Shown one piece after another: positions 38,592 through 48,789 of a stretch of DNA of 64,000 nucleotides. A model generated the notes under the pieces. That model saw only the letters and a list, made by a program, of their open reading frames with translations. It was not told where the DNA came from and did no database searches. Source of the stretch: a virus (Duplodnaviria; Heunggongvirae; Uroviricota; Caudoviricetes); the IMG/VR virus record IMGVR_UViG_2908567220_000002, positions 1-64,000 of that record. The stretch is one strand, 5' to 3'. The position numbers and the translations under genes are program-made. Numbering within the stretch: position 1 is the stretch's first letter; each line of letters starts with the position of its first letter.

Positions 38592-38765
38592 TATTCTTCC
38601 TCTTCGTCTTTTATTTCGTGATATGAGTAATTGCAGTAGTTAAAGAAAATATCTTTTGCTTCGTCATGTATTTCATCAGGCGTCGCATCATCATCCACTT
38701 CGAATTCATCCTCGAAATCTCCACCGGCTATTCCCGTTTCAATAATTATTTTGAACTTTCGCATT
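38592..38765 (-). CDS. Small highly acidic protein (57 aa)
   Basis: MRKFKIIIETGIAGGDFEDEFEVDDDATPDEIHDEAKDIFFNYCNYSYHEIKDEEE; below the six-frame track threshold. Confidence 0.3.
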
Positions 38766-38853
38766 TAACTACCGCCCTGCCGGACAGCCTCCTGATGTTC
38801 TGAGGGCGCCCCCCTCCGGTTAAGGATTAAATTTTTAACAGTGCTAAATTTAA

Positions 38854-39210
38854 TTATTCAGTTCTTGATTTTGTCGCCCTGCGTATCCGCGCTTTCGCGT
38901 TACGCTCAATCTGAATTAGCTTTTCTATATTTTTCCGCCTTTCCTGTTCCTCCTGGAGCAATAACCTTACATCATCTGCCAGTCTGGTTTCTCTTTTCGC
39001 CACAGAGAGCATCCAGTCAAATGGCTCCACAACTGCACCGCAGATTTTACAGCGGACCTGACGCTCTTTTTCGTCAACCCGGACAGAGGCGTGATGGCAA
39101 TATGGTCTTTCCGATGGCTCATAAAGAAAATTAACCTGATTACGAGGGTCATCCTCTTTTGCCGGAAATAAAACGATATTGCTTAACTCATCTTCTGGTT
39201 TTATTTCCAT
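38854..39210 (-). CDS. Hypothetical protein with zinc-ribbon-like Cys motif
   Basis: ORF 38854-39291; probable start MEIKPEDE; CHH...CKICG. Confidence 0.45.
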   Translation of the reverse strand: MEIKPEDELSNIVLFPAKEDDPRNQVNFLYEPSERPYCHHASVRVDEKERQVRCKICGAVVEPFDWMLSVAKRETRLADDVRLLLQEEQERRKNIEKLIQIERNAKARIRRATKSRTE

Positions 39211-39907
39211 GCTCCTCTCCTTTGATGCGAATGCCAGCGGCGCGTGGCACATTAACTTCCACGATGCGCACAGTTGGTTTGTACATCTCAATCGCTGTCA
39301 GCCAGTCAGCTCCTGTCATGCGTTTTTCCGCATCGCCATTAGTCCACTGAACCGGCACACCAATAGCCTTCATCGCGATTTCTATTTCCCCGGCAATGGC
39401 GCTTTTTCCGCAACCAGTAAAACCAGATACAACGACAAGAACTTCGCCTTTGGCTGGTTTTATTTCCCGTGCTTCCAGTTCTGCTATGCGCTTACTTCCA
39501 TCCGCGATTACTCCCTCGTAATACTCACGCTGCTCGTTGAGTTTTGATTTTGCTGCTTCAAGCTCAACGCGCAGCTTCCCTACCGTTAGCGCAATCTCCT
39601 CGTTCTCCTGGTCGCGGCGTTTTATGTATTGCTGGTTTCTTTCCCGTTCATCCAGCAGTGCCAGTACGGTAGCCGGGTTAGCCTCTGCTATAAATGCTGC
39701 GTTTGCATAAGCCTGAGCATCTGTTTCAACCAGGCAGTTAGCATGACATTCTGCAATCACGCCACCGGGTTCTCCTTTCCATTTTTGACAAACAAAAACT
39801 CCTGTTAAATTGCCGTACTGGTTAACAGATGTATGCCCTACGATGTAGCTTCCTTTAGTTGCTTTTTCTGCCTTGGCACGCAGTACCTGATAGTCAATCT
39901 TGCTCAC
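39188..39907 (-). CDS. ead/Ea22-like protein
   Basis: 239 aa; N-terminal MSKIDYQVLRAKAEKATKG and central coiled-coil segment, as in lambdoid Ea22-like proteins. Confidence 0.55.
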   Translation of the reverse strand: MSKIDYQVLRAKAEKATKGSYIVGHTSVNQYGNLTGVFVCQKWKGEPGGVIAECHANCLVETDAQAYANAAFIAEANPATVLALLDERERNQQYIKRRDQENEEIALTVGKLRVELEAAKSKLNEQREYYEGVIADGSKRIAELEAREIKPAKGEVLVVVSGFTGCGKSAIAGEIEIAMKAIGVPVQWTNGDAEKRMTGADWLTAIEMYKPTVRIVEVNVPRAAGIRIKGEEHGNKTRR

Positions 39908-40388
39908 TGGTTGCCTCCTTCACAAAAATAATCCAATGTGTTTTATCGTTCTTGCCGGTGCGCTGGCTGATGATTGGTTTCGCGTCGGTTAGTGCCAATA
40001 TCTGGCGGACAGGCACTTGCGTTTCATTCCATTTAAAAATCAGAATGCCGTGTGGCCACAACACACGAAAGGCTTCTTTAAATCCCTGCCTCAAATCATC
40101 ACGCCAGGTATCTTTATTCAGCCGCCCATATTTCTTTCCCATCCAGGCGTTATCACCAACACGCTCAAGATGCGGAGGGTCGAATACAACAACCGGAAAC
40201 GATGCGTCTGCAAATGGTAATGCACGAAAATCTGCTATCAGGTCAGGGCTAATTATCAGTCGTCGTCCATCACATAATGTGTGCTCTTCCTTTCTGATAT
40301 CGCTAAATATCGCCCGGTCGTCATTCTTATCGAACCAGAACATGCGGCTGCCACAGCACATATCAAGAATGGTTGCCGGTGCACTCAC
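39894..40388 (-). CDS. Small DNA methyltransferase (DPPH motif; N6-adenine or N4-cytosine type)
   Basis: 164 aa; motif I-like ILDMCCGS and catalytic VVFDPPH. Confidence 0.6.
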   Translation of the reverse strand: MSAPATILDMCCGSRMFWFDKNDDRAIFSDIRKEEHTLCDGRRLIISPDLIADFRALPFADASFPVVVFDPPHLERVGDNAWMGKKYGRLNKDTWRDDLRQGFKEAFRVLWPHGILIFKWNETQVPVRQILALTDAKPIISQRTGKNDKTHWIIFVKEATSEQD

Positions 40389-40807
40389 TGCGCTACCTCC
40401 TGAAAATTACCCTGATAAAACGACAATATGCGCTGCATAACTTCGCTCTTCCGGCACTCACAGCAAATTATATTTTGGTGCCTGTCATAACGACGTATTT
40501 CTCCGTCTGGTAATGACCAGATAAGATCCGGATCAGCCACAGATGCTTTCTTCACTTTCGCCCTCGAGAGTTTTTTGCGGGCGTTTTGCCAGTCCTTACG
40601 CGCCTGCTCAGACGGGAATAACCCGTAACCAGAGTTGTATACATCGCCGCTGGCAACCAGCTCTCTTGCGAGAACGCTCATCAGATATCTTGTCGCACCT
40701 GTCTTGACTTCCAGTTGCCGTAACGTCTCACGCCCACTCTGGCGTACGAGTTCAACAACCTGTCCTTTAATTTTTTCCCGCTCTTCTTGTGTAAAAACTT
40801 TTGCCAC
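40385..40807 (-). CDS. Hypothetical phage protein downstream of the replication gene
   Basis: 140-aa ORF; occupies the position where a helicase loader would normally be. Confidence 0.4.
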   Translation of the reverse strand: MAKVFTQEEREKIKGQVVELVRQSGRETLRQLEVKTGATRYLMSVLARELVASGDVYNSGYGLFPSEQARKDWQNARKKLSRAKVKKASVADPDLIWSLPDGEIRRYDRHQNIICCECRKSEVMQRILSFYQGNFQEVAQ

Positions 40808-40847
40808 AAGCCCTCCTGAAAATTACCTCATGACCAGAAATTAACAC

Positions 40848-41924
40848 TTACCCCCTGAAGCCCGGCGGAATTTCGTTATCCGGTTCAGAAATATGATTCA
40901 CACAACGCTGGTTGTTCGTGCCGCTTACCGGGAGCAACCAGGGGTTCTCAAAATTCCGGTCCGGTCCAAAAAACGTCGTCGCTCGCTGAACAAATTCCGT
41001 TCCCGTTTTCCCGGTAGCCGCCAAGTATCTTGCGTAACGCCTCACGCCATCCAGCATGGCCTCTGGTGGCACCCCCTCGCGTAATCTGGCCTTCCAGGCA
41101 CTGAAAGCGGATTTCTTCGGGTTTGCCCCAGCACGCAACGGGTACTCCCGCCAGACCTGTTCGAACACATCCGGATAATCCACTCGTCCCACAGACTGCC
41201 CGGTGTTTTCCGGGACTACCCGATCGGCTTCCCGCTGAATGGCGGAATCGGCTTCGGGCTGCTGCAGTTGGTGTGATTGCTCCGGCCTTGCGGTCATCAC
41301 CTGCTGCACAGCGCCCGAATCGGCTTTCAGCGCATACGCTGAATCGGCTTCCGGTGTCGTGCCTGCTAGCTGACCAAGATTGACGGTCTGAACATCCCCT
41401 GCCTGGTTCGTGGCGTTTTTTACGCCATGGACCATAGTGTTTTGATCTTCTTGATCTGTATCTTTATCTGTATCTTTATCTGTCGTGACTCGTCGTGACA
41501 TGTGCGTGACATTTCGTGACGCGCCGTGACAATCGCCATTTTGTTCCCGCTTTCTTTCCCTCTCTCGCTGCGCCCTCTTGCGCTCTGCCGGAGATTTTGC
41601 GGTTTGCGAAATATTGCCGTTGTCCTCTTTAAGCACCTGGCGTTTTTCCCATCCAGTGATTAAATCACCATCAAGTACCCGCCCCTGCATCGTCTGCAAA
41701 ATTGAATCAATTACCTCTTCTGTCACGTCGAGCGCACTTGCCAAATCTTCTGTCGTGACATCAATGTGACCTCGCGTGACATTTCGTGACGCGCTCACCA
41801 GGAGGTGGATATACACTGCCATCACTGTTGCAATTGGCTGCCCTGACACCCTGGCAATTGTTCGCCACTTAGGGTCATTTGGCATGTCATGCCATAATCT
41901 GAGCCAGGCGTTAGCCATACTCAC
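40848..41924 (-). CDS. Replication initiation protein (lambda O-like functional analogue) containing the probable origin iterons
   Basis: 358 aa downstream of cro/cII-like genes; two CGTGAC iteron clusters inside the coding sequence. Confidence 0.55.
   Translation of the reverse strand: MSMANAWLRLWHDMPNDPKWRTIARVSGQPIATVMAVYIHLLVSASRNVTRGHIDVTTEDLASALDVTEEVIDSILQTMQGRVLDGDLITGWEKRQVLKEDNGNISQTAKSPAERKRAQRERERKREQNGDCHGASRNVTHMSRRVTTDKDTDKDTDQEDQNTMVHGVKNATNQAGDVQTVNLGQLAGTTPEADSAYALKADSGAVQQVMTARPEQSHQLQQPEADSAIQREADRVVPENTGQSVGRVDYPDVFEQVWREYPLRAGANPKKSAFSAWKARLREGVPPEAMLDGVRRYARYLAATGKTGTEFVQRATTFFGPDRNFENPWLLPVSGTNNQRCVNHISEPDNEIPPGFRG
41453..41790. repeat. Putative replication origin: two clusters of CGTGAC(A) iterons plus TATCTTTATCTG direct repeats
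   Basis: CGTGAC at 41484, 41494, 41505, 41515, 41525 (about 10-bp spacing); second cluster at 41722-41790; 12-bp unit twice at 41453-41482. Confidence 0.55.
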
Positions 41925-41989
41925 CTCTTCTGATACCGAATCTTTTTACTCACGAGTTGCCGGAAGCGATTCGATATGGCTATTGTCAG

Positions 41990-42415
41990 TCAATGTACTG
42001 CCACAGCATTTCCTGCCGGGCCACCACGGTTCATCTGATTGAAACCGGCGATTGCCACTGCGACAAAATCATCAGCGTCTCTCACCAGTCGCTCCCGCGT
42101 CTCCACCAGCTCCCGAAAATAAGCTGAACTGTGGCTGCGCATTCGGGCCACCAGCAGAGGTGGCATTGCTTTTTCGATAGCTGGTAACAACGCCTGAATT
42201 TTTTTAACCGCATCAGGGGTGTCTTTCTCCACCCAGCGGAAAATTTTCTGAGTATTGCGAGCCAGGGCTTCCGGATGGCTGTCGTCATACAGTTCCGGGA
42301 ACGTCATTCCCAGCTCGAAATACGCTTTGGTAATTTTCGCAGCCGGTACTTTTTCGCCGTCCGGATGCGCCCAGGCATTCATCGCCATGCGGATGTGTTC
42401 ATGCTTGATTTTCAT
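41990..42415 (-). CDS. YdaT-like protein (CII position)
   Basis: 141 aa immediately downstream of the cro-like gene, mirroring ydaS-ydaT in Rac. Confidence 0.45.
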   Translation of the reverse strand: MKIKHEHIRMAMNAWAHPDGEKVPAAKITKAYFELGMTFPELYDDSHPEALARNTQKIFRWVEKDTPDAVKKIQALLPAIEKAMPPLLVARMRSHSSAYFRELVETRERLVRDADDFVAVAIAGFNQMNRGGPAGNAVAVH

Positions 42416-42666
42416 GAATCAACTCCCATCAGCTTTTTCGTAGTAGTTTTATTCCTGCCAATAGTTAAAATTGCATCGGCAGAAAATAATCCGTTTGATG
42501 CAAGAGCGATTTTTTCAGCGTAATTTGTTTCGCCGGTATATTCTGTGCGAGGCAATTTTCCGTTATCCATCCATTTATAGATTGCTCTTTGGCTGACACC
42601 ACAAACGTCGGCCACAACAGCAACGCGAACAGTTTTGATTACATCTTCAAGTGTTTTCTGGTTCAT
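42412..42666 (-). CDS. Cro-like HTH regulator (YdaS-like)
   Basis: ORF 42412-42738; probable start MNQKTLED at 42666; HTH segment VSQRAIYKWMDNG; divergent from the repressor gene. Confidence 0.6.
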   Translation of the reverse strand: MNQKTLEDVIKTVRVAVVADVCGVSQRAIYKWMDNGKLPRTEYTGETNYAEKIALASNGLFSADAILTIGRNKTTTKKLMGVDS

Positions 42667-42745
42667 ATCACCCTCACAATGTGAACTTTGAGTACATGCT
42701 ATAACAGAACTGACAGTACATTCAAGAGCGAATATCATTGAACTT

Positions 42746-43165
42746 ATGGTTCATGAAGATAAAGCGCGTAAAGAGTTCGCCAGTAGGCTTGCGCTAGCCT
42801 GTGAAAACGCTGGTTATGAACAACATGGAAGGCAGGCAGAAATTGCCCGTCGAATGAAATTAACACCAAAAGCGGTTAGCAAATGGTTTAATGGCGAAAC
42901 AATTCCTCGCCGGGAGAAATTAAGGGAATTAGCAACACTAATAGGAACAACACCAACCTATCTTTTGGGAGAGGATACAGAAGAAAGTGGACAGGTACGT
43001 TTCTATCAGGAGTTAAATCCAAGACAAAAAATCATCATTGACCTTCTGGACGAGCTCCCTGACAGTGAGACAGATGAACTTTTAAAAACTCTTGAAGAGA
43101 AAAAACAGAAGTACAATGCAATTTACGAAGAGTTAGCACGAAAGAAAAAACAAAAAGCCTCTTAA
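42746..43165 (+). CDS. Prophage repressor, HTH-XRE type without peptidase domain (DicA/RacR-like)
   Basis: 139 aa; HTH segment QAEIARRMKLTPKAVSKWFNG; divergent from the cro-like gene; followed by ydfA/ydfB-like ORFs as in Qin. Confidence 0.65.
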   Translation: MVHEDKARKEFASRLALACENAGYEQHGRQAEIARRMKLTPKAVSKWFNGETIPRREKLRELATLIGTTPTYLLGEDTEESGQVRFYQELNPRQKIIIDLLDELPDSETDELLKTLEEKKQKYNAIYEELARKKKQKAS

Positions 43166-43459
43166 ACCAGCATAAATCCGGTAGCGCCTTCCTCCGGGTT
43201 TGTGCTTCACTTTATCCCATCTCATTTTTTTACACACAAAATGTACTAAAAGTACTTTACAACAATGAACGCAAAGTACATTATATGCCTGCCACCCACC
43301 CCGCCCCACAGAATGCAGGGCAATACTTCGAGTTACCAGGCAGTGGTCAGGGGGTAAGTAGCCAGCCCGAGGCGTAAGAACATGACGGCAGGGTTCAACT
43401 TTAACTATGCAGCAGGTTTTTGTTCCGCTACCCCGGCGTTAAGGGGAAATGAGGTCAAC

Positions 43460-43615
43460 ATGGATACTATCGATCTTGGCAACAACGAATCTCTGGTATA
43501 CGGCGTGTTTCCCAACCAGGACGGAACGTTCACCGCGATGACGTATGCCAAAAGCAAAACGTTTAAAACCGAATCTGGCGCGCGTCGTTGGTTGGTAAGA
43601 CATTCAGGTGAATAA
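43460..43615 (+). CDS. ydfA: YdfA-like small protein (DUF1391)
   Basis: MDTIDLGNNESLVYGVFPNQDGTFTAMTYAKSKTFKTESGARRWLVRHSGE, near-identical to Qin YdfA as recalled; RBS AAGGGGAAA. Confidence 0.65.
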   Translation: MDTIDLGNNESLVYGVFPNQDGTFTAMTYAKSKTFKTESGARRWLVRHSGE

Positions 43616-43616
43616 A

Positions 43617-43763
43617 ATGAACGAAACAGAATTAAAACACGTTATCGCTCTGCTTCTGGAGGATGCAAAACGCCTCCAGCAACTGGAACCAAATGCAGGC
43701 ACTGAAGCCCGCATCTGGCTGGCATTGTACGCTATTGAGTCAGGTCGTGATGATGAAGGTTAA
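43617..43763 (+). CDS. YdfB-like small protein
   Basis: 48-aa ORF starting 1 nt after the ydfA-like stop (TAAAATG); below track threshold. Confidence 0.4.
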   Translation: MNETELKHVIALLLEDAKRLQQLEPNAGTEARIWLALYAIESGRDDEG

Positions 43764-44044
43764 GCATCATCTAAGTTTTTTACATAGCGCCCATTAGATT
43801 CGGTAACAAGAACACCGGGATTTTTCTTAACTTTTGAGGCCACTGATTCAGCAAGGTCAGCAACAGATTCTTTGTCTTCATTCTTGCTTGAATATATATA
43901 TTCGGCATTAGGAAGACGGTAGGTGTTCCCTAAAGAGGTTGTAATCGTTCTGGAGAATCCCTTTGCTTCCATTCGTTCATGAAGCTTATCGTAATCAGCG
44001 GAACTGGAATCGCGAAGTTCGATCCTGACTGTAAATTTTGCCAT
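43760..44044 (-). CDS. Hypothetical protein
   Basis: ORF 43760-44056; probable start MAKFTVRIELRD. Confidence 0.4.
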   Translation of the reverse strand: MAKFTVRIELRDSSSADYDKLHERMEAKGFSRTITTSLGNTYRLPNAEYIYSSKNEDKESVADLAESVASKVKKNPGVLVTESNGRYVKNLDDA

Positions 44045-44404
44045 TTTATCCTCCATTTAGGTTCTGGGTTAGAAATGGAGACCAATACGGGGCTACGTGT
44101 GGTCGTGCGCCGGACACGGATAAGAATCCGGCACTGACAGTTTACTGAAAGGATATTTCCCTGAAAAGTCAGGGCATAACACGAAAGCGTACGGCGAAGG
44201 CCTTCACCTATGAGGCTTGTCGTTAATTTCTTCGACCGTGCGCTTCCGGTTGTGGCACTCCGCGAAATGGCGCGGCGGTAAGTATGGCGGGGTTATTCCT
44301 TCCCCCGTTGAGGACACCGGGTTGTCAGGTTGACCATACGCTTAAGTGACAACCCCGCCATAACTCATACTGCTATAGATATATGGGGACTAACCGGAGG
44401 AAAA

Positions 44405-44626
44405 ATGATAGTTCAATGCACAGACGGGAATAATAAGCTGCTCTGGTCATACGATACCGTCAGCCAGAAACACATAATGAATATGACTTTTATAAAGGAC
44501 GGTACTCAACAAAAAATCATTACCGCCCTTGCAAGTGCATTAACTCAGGCGACAAGCCAAATTCTGCTATCTGATAACGTTAATGGAGTATCTGATATTG
44601 GCTCGATGACCGGGAGGGAGTGCTAA
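44405..44626 (+). CDS. Hypothetical protein
   Basis: ORF 44330-44626; probable start MIVQCTDG at 44405 with strong RBS GGAGG. Confidence 0.4.
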   Translation: MIVQCTDGNNKLLWSYDTVSQKHIMNMTFIKDGTQQKIITALASALTQATSQILLSDNVNGVSDIGSMTGREC

Positions 44627-44836
44627 TACAACATTCCAGTAACCCGAGTGGGGCACGGTAATATTGGCAGGGAATCGTTCATAGAAACCGCCGTAATAGG
44701 TAAAACGCCCGCCCCGCTTGAAAGCCTGGTAATTTGAATCATCCATTAATAAAACATTAATCTGGTGTGAACATTGAACCCTGACAAGGTCACCATCATT
44801 CATGTGTTCACGACTATGTATATGGGACATAAACAC
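44567..44836 (-). CDS. Hypothetical protein
   Basis: 89-aa ORF convergent with and overlapping the 44405-44626 ORF. Confidence 0.35.
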   Translation of the reverse strand: MFMSHIHSREHMNDGDLVRVQCSHQINVLLMDDSNYQAFKRGGRFTYYGGFYERFPANITVPHSGYWNVVLALPPGHRANIRYSINVIR

Positions 44837-45155
44837 TCCTTTTTACTGTGGAAAGCTAAATCATATCACGGTCTATGAAGTAAAAAGTGAATTTCGTGAT
44901 GCGGTGAATGCGGCTCAGCGCACGCAGAACAGTTAAAAACACAAGTGTTATGGGTGAATCATCCGGCGTTAATTGCTAACTGGTTAACGTCACCTGGAGG
45001 CACCAGGCACCGCATCACAAAGTTCACTTAGGTGATGAAAGGTAGAGAAAATGTTGAATGTAGCTATTGAAAACCAGAACGGGTGGAATTATAGTGCACC
45101 TGCACCTCATAAAACGGGTGCCGGGCGTGGAAACCCGATGTTCACTAACGCGCAT

Positions 45156-45178
45156 AACCGCGCTCAGGCGGTTTTTTT
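45156..45178 (+). terminator. Rho-independent terminator within the leader upstream of the rha-like gene
   Basis: Stem AACCGC/GCGGTT, loop GCTCAG, followed by T7. Confidence 0.55.
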
Positions 45179-45347
45179 ATGCGTAATGCACAGCCACATT
45201 CAGATTATGGTGGGACGTGCAGGGCAGCCGCAAGGCTGGCCGGGTTCGTTAGTGACCGGTATTTCCACCCCTGTACGTCTCACCACCCTTATGGTCGTGG
45301 AAAACCTTGGTGGTGAGTTAATCAAATTCACTAACGAGGCTGCTATC

Positions 45348-45902
45348 ATGGCTACTATCCCTACCCTTTCTCAACCTGACGTAACCATCGAAAATGGTCG
45401 CGCTGTCACTACGTCTGTTGCGATCGCCGAGTTCTTTGGCAAACGCCACGACAATGTTATTCAAAAAATAAAATTACTGGATTGCTCCCCTGAATTCACT
45501 GCCCTTAATTTTAAGGTGAGCGAATACACCGACTCAACCGGGCGCAAACTCCCTATGTACCAAATCACCAAAAACGGCTTCGTTTTCCTGGTGATGGGCT
45601 TCACGGGCAAAAAAGCCGCAGCTTTCAAGGAAGCCTACATCGCTGAATTCGATCGCATGGAGGCAGAGTTGTACCAGCTTAATACCACTACCACAGACAA
45701 AATAATTCCTGGTGATGGTCGCACTCTCGTTGTTCACTTCGACGAACGCGGCAATATCAAATTCACCGAAACCGTTCCTGACGGCGCTCTCGTCTGTACT
45801 CTGGATACTTTCCGCTTTTATCTGGAGAAGCAGGGGTGGACTCTTGTAAACAGGAGCGCAATTAAAAATATGACCGTCGAGCAGTTGCTGAGTATTAAAT
45901 AG
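45348..45902 (+). CDS. Rha-family phage regulatory protein / antirepressor
   Basis: ORF 45051-45902; probable start MATIPTLSQ at 45348 with GAGG RBS; upstream in-frame region contains a terminator so is probably non-coding. Confidence 0.65.
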   Translation: MATIPTLSQPDVTIENGRAVTTSVAIAEFFGKRHDNVIQKIKLLDCSPEFTALNFKVSEYTDSTGRKLPMYQITKNGFVFLVMGFTGKKAAAFKEAYIAEFDRMEAELYQLNTTTTDKIIPGDGRTLVVHFDERGNIKFTETVPDGALVCTLDTFRFYLEKQGWTLVNRSAIKNMTVEQLLSIK

Positions 45903-45948
45903 TTTTCTGGAATTTTCTTAATGCGACAAATTTATTAAGGAGATAATT

Positions 45949-46170
45949 ATGATTGCTCATCACTTCGGAACTGATGATATTCCTCGTCAGTGCGTGACTC
46001 CCGGTGATTATGTTATTCATAAAGGAAGAACATATATTGCTTCGGTAAACAATATAAAAAAACACCGGCTCTATATTCGTGATTTTTCCACACAACACTG
46101 TATTAATGAAACCATGATTAAAGTCTTCCTTGATCGTGATGGTTTACCTGTAAAGGCGGAGTCGTGGTGA
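45949..46170 (+). CDS. Hypothetical protein
   Basis: 73-aa ORF between the rha-like and exonuclease genes. Confidence 0.4.
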   Translation: MIAHHFGTDDIPRQCVTPGDYVIHKGRTYIASVNNIKKHRLYIRDFSTQHCINETMIKVFLDRDGLPVKAESW

Positions 46171-46287
46171 GCTGTAATAAAATAACTACCCCAATACGAC
46201 ATTCAGTTTAATAAATACATCAGATTCGATTCTTATATGCCAGCAATGGCAGTGACTTGTTCACCCCTAAATCTGTAATGAGGTTTA

Positions 46288-48726
46288 TTGATGAGCACGA
46301 ATAAAGAAGTGTTTGCGCTATATTGCGAAGCTAAAAATGACAAGGTCAGAAAGCGTCTCGGTATTAAAGGTGGCTTTTTCTGGATCGAAGCCAAAAAACT
46401 TTCCGTTGCAGTTTCCCGCTGTATTGCCGCTATGGACGATGCTGGCTACGACGAAGATGATTTCAAAAAAACAGTTCGCGTCCATTTGCCTGTTCTAAAT
46501 GACCTGCCACCTGAAGGCGTATTTGATACTGATTTCTGTAACCGTTACGAAAAAGGTGGAGAAGATGGCATCACAATGATGCCGGTACCGTCCAGCAACA
46601 GCGATGAAAACAGTAACGCCGCTAATACTAACGTCAACGGCGAAGACATGATTGAGATTGAGGAGAATATTCTTCTGCCGGTTTCAGGTCAGCTTCTGCC
46701 TGTTAGATGGCTGGCACAGCACGGCAGCGAAAAACCTGTCACGCATGTTTCACGGGATGAACTGCGGGCATTACATAACGCACAGGAAGAAAAACTTCCC
46801 GCCGTTACCGCTCTGGCCATCTCAAATAAAGCAGTGCAACTCGAACCGCTGGAGATTCGGGATTTGTACAAACTGGTGCGGGACACTGACAAAGTTTTTC
46901 CCGCCCCCGTAAATTCAGACCTGGGACTGATGACTTCCTTCATCGAAGCATACCTGGACGCTGACTACACCAATCGCGATCTGCTTACAAAAGAGTGGAT
47001 GAAAGGAAATCATGTTTCGCGAATCAGCCGCACACCATCCGGCGCTAACGCTGGCGGCGGTATTCTTACCGATCGCGGCGAAGGTTTTGTACACGATGAT
47101 GCATCACTGGCGCGCGACGTAGCCACTGGCGTGCTGGCCCGTTCAATGGACGTGGACATTTATAACCTTCATCCGGCACACGCTAAACGCGTCGAGGAAA
47201 TTATCGCTGAAAATAAACCGCCCTTTTCTGTTTTCTTCAGCAAATTCATCACCATGCCGGGCCACAAGGATTTCTCCCGTGCCATCGTGGTTGCCTCCGT
47301 GAAAGAATCACCAGTTGGTATAGAGGCTATGCCCCACCGTGTCACCGAATACCTGAATAAAGTGCTGACTGAAACCGATCATGCCAACCCTGATCCGGAA
47401 ATCGTGGATATTGCCTGCGGTCGCTCCTCTGCCCCGATGCCGCAGCGTGTAACTGAAAAAGAAAAACATGATGAAGAAAAACCGCAACCATCTGGCGCAA
47501 TGGCAGATGAACAGGCAACGGCTGAAACAGTGGAACCGGATGCAACTGAACATCATCCGGACACGCAGCCGGTGGATGCTCAGCCACAGGTGAATTCTGT
47601 TGATGCGAAATATCAGAAACTGCGGGCAGAACTCCATGAAGCTAGGAAAAACATTTCGCCTAAAAATCCTGTCGACGCAAACAAATTACTGGCAGCCTCT
47701 CGCGGAGAATTTGTTGAAGGGATTAGTGACCCGAATGATCCGAAATGGGTTAAGGGGCTCCAGACTCGCGAGTCTTCGAACCAGAATCAACCAGAAGTGG
47801 AACAAACCAAGCCAGAATCGGGACAAAATAGCCAGGATGCACACCAAAATGAACCAAAAACGATACATCCGGAGCCAGCAGCGCAACATGCACAGAAAAA
47901 TCCCTGTAATGTTTGTGGGGAAACTGGCGGGGGCACATGCCCTGACTGTGCCTCAGTAATGGGTGACGCAACTTACCATGAGACATTCTGCGAGGAAGAT
48001 TCAGATGAATCTCAGGAAAAAGCTCCGGAGGAGATGGAAAACCCTGAACATCCGCATCCGGAAAATACTGACAGCAATCAGCATAACAATAGCGGTGATA
48101 AAACTGACAGGACGACAAATTCCTTAATTAATATGCACGGTCATCAGAAAAGAACATCCACCAGCAGAATGTGTCACCATCTGATGATCGACCTTGAAAC
48201 AATGGGAAAAAATCCTGATTCCCCGATTATCTCAATAGGTGCAATATTTTTCGATCCGCAAACCGGAGAGATGGGACCAGAATTTAATAAAACCATCGAT
48301 CTGGAAACTGCTGGCGGAGTCATTGATCGGGACGCGATCAAGTGGTGGCTGAAGCAATCACGCGAAGCGCAATCTGCCATTCTGACCGATGAAATCCCGT
48401 TAGATGATGCACTGCTGCAATTGCGGGAATTTATCGCCGAAAACTCCGGTGAATTGTTTGTTCAGGTCTGGGGAAATGGAGCCAACTTCGACAACGTGAT
48501 TTTGCGCCGTTCATATGAACGGCAGGGTATCCCCTGCCCGTGGCGCTACTACAACGATCGCGATGTACGCACAATCATTGAACTGGGAAAATCCATAGAC
48601 TTCGATGCCAGGACGCCTATTCAATTCGAAGGCATACGCCACAATGCGCTGGATGATGCCCGTCACCAGGCGAAATACGTTTCAGCAATCTGGCAAAAAC
48701 TGATCCCGAATCAGTCTGATTTTTAA
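46288..48726 (+). CDS. Exonuclease annotated in lambdoid prophages as exodeoxyribonuclease VIII-like; C-terminal DEDD-type 3'-5' exonuclease domain
   Basis: 812 aa; C-terminal [23 protein letters not shown]...[10 protein letters not shown]; upstream of xis-int as exo is in lambda. Confidence 0.65.
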   Translation: MMSTNKEVFALYCEAKNDKVRKRLGIKGGFFWIEAKKLSVAVSRCIAAMDDAGYDEDDFKKTVRVHLPVLNDLPPEGVFDTDFCNRYEKGGEDGITMMPVPSSNSDENSNAANTNVNGEDMIEIEENILLPVSGQLLPVRWLAQHGSEKPVTHVSRDELRALHNAQEEKLPAVTALAISNKAVQLEPLEIRDLYKLVRDTDKVFPAPVNSDLGLMTSFIEAYLDADYTNRDLLTKEWMKGNHVSRISRTPSGANAGGGILTDRGEGFVHDDASLARDVATGVLARSMDVDIYNLHPAHAKRVEEIIAENKPPFSVFFSKFITMPGHKDFSRAIVVASVKESPVGIEAMPHRVTEYLNKVLTETDHANPDPEIVDIACGRSSAPMPQRVTEKEKHDEEKPQPSGAMADEQATAETVEPDATEHHPDTQPVDAQPQVNSVDAKYQKLRAELHEARKNISPKNPVDANKLLAASRGEFVEGISDPNDPKWVKGLQTRESSNQNQPEVEQTKPESGQNSQDAHQNEPKTIHPEPAAQHAQKNPCNVCGETGGGTCPDCASVMGDATYHETFCEEDSDESQEKAPEEMENPEHPHPENTDSNQHNNSGDKTDRTTNSLINMHGHQKRTSTSRMCHHLMIDLETMGKNPDSPIISIGAIFFDPQTGEMGPEFNKTIDLETAGGVIDRDAIKWWLKQSREAQSAILTDEIPLDDALLQLREFIAENSGELFVQVWGNGANFDNVILRRSYERQGIPCPWRYYNDRDVRTIIELGKSIDFDARTPIQFEGIRHNALDDARHQAKYVSAIWQKLIPNQSDF

Positions 48727-48789
48727 TGTTCAACCCCAGTCGTCGCCCCCAGCTATAGTGGCGGCGACCATGATTAGCGAACGATACTC

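Noticed and set aside
44060-44400. DicF sRNA expected downstream of ydfA/ydfB by analogy with Qin
   Set aside because: I could not find a segment matching the DicF sequence as I recall it; the region is structured but unassigned
45051-45347. N-terminal 99 codons of the track ORF 45051-45902 as part of the Rha protein
   Set aside because: This stretch contains a rho-independent terminator and a conserved leader; the Rha domain begins at the Met at 45348, which has its own RBS
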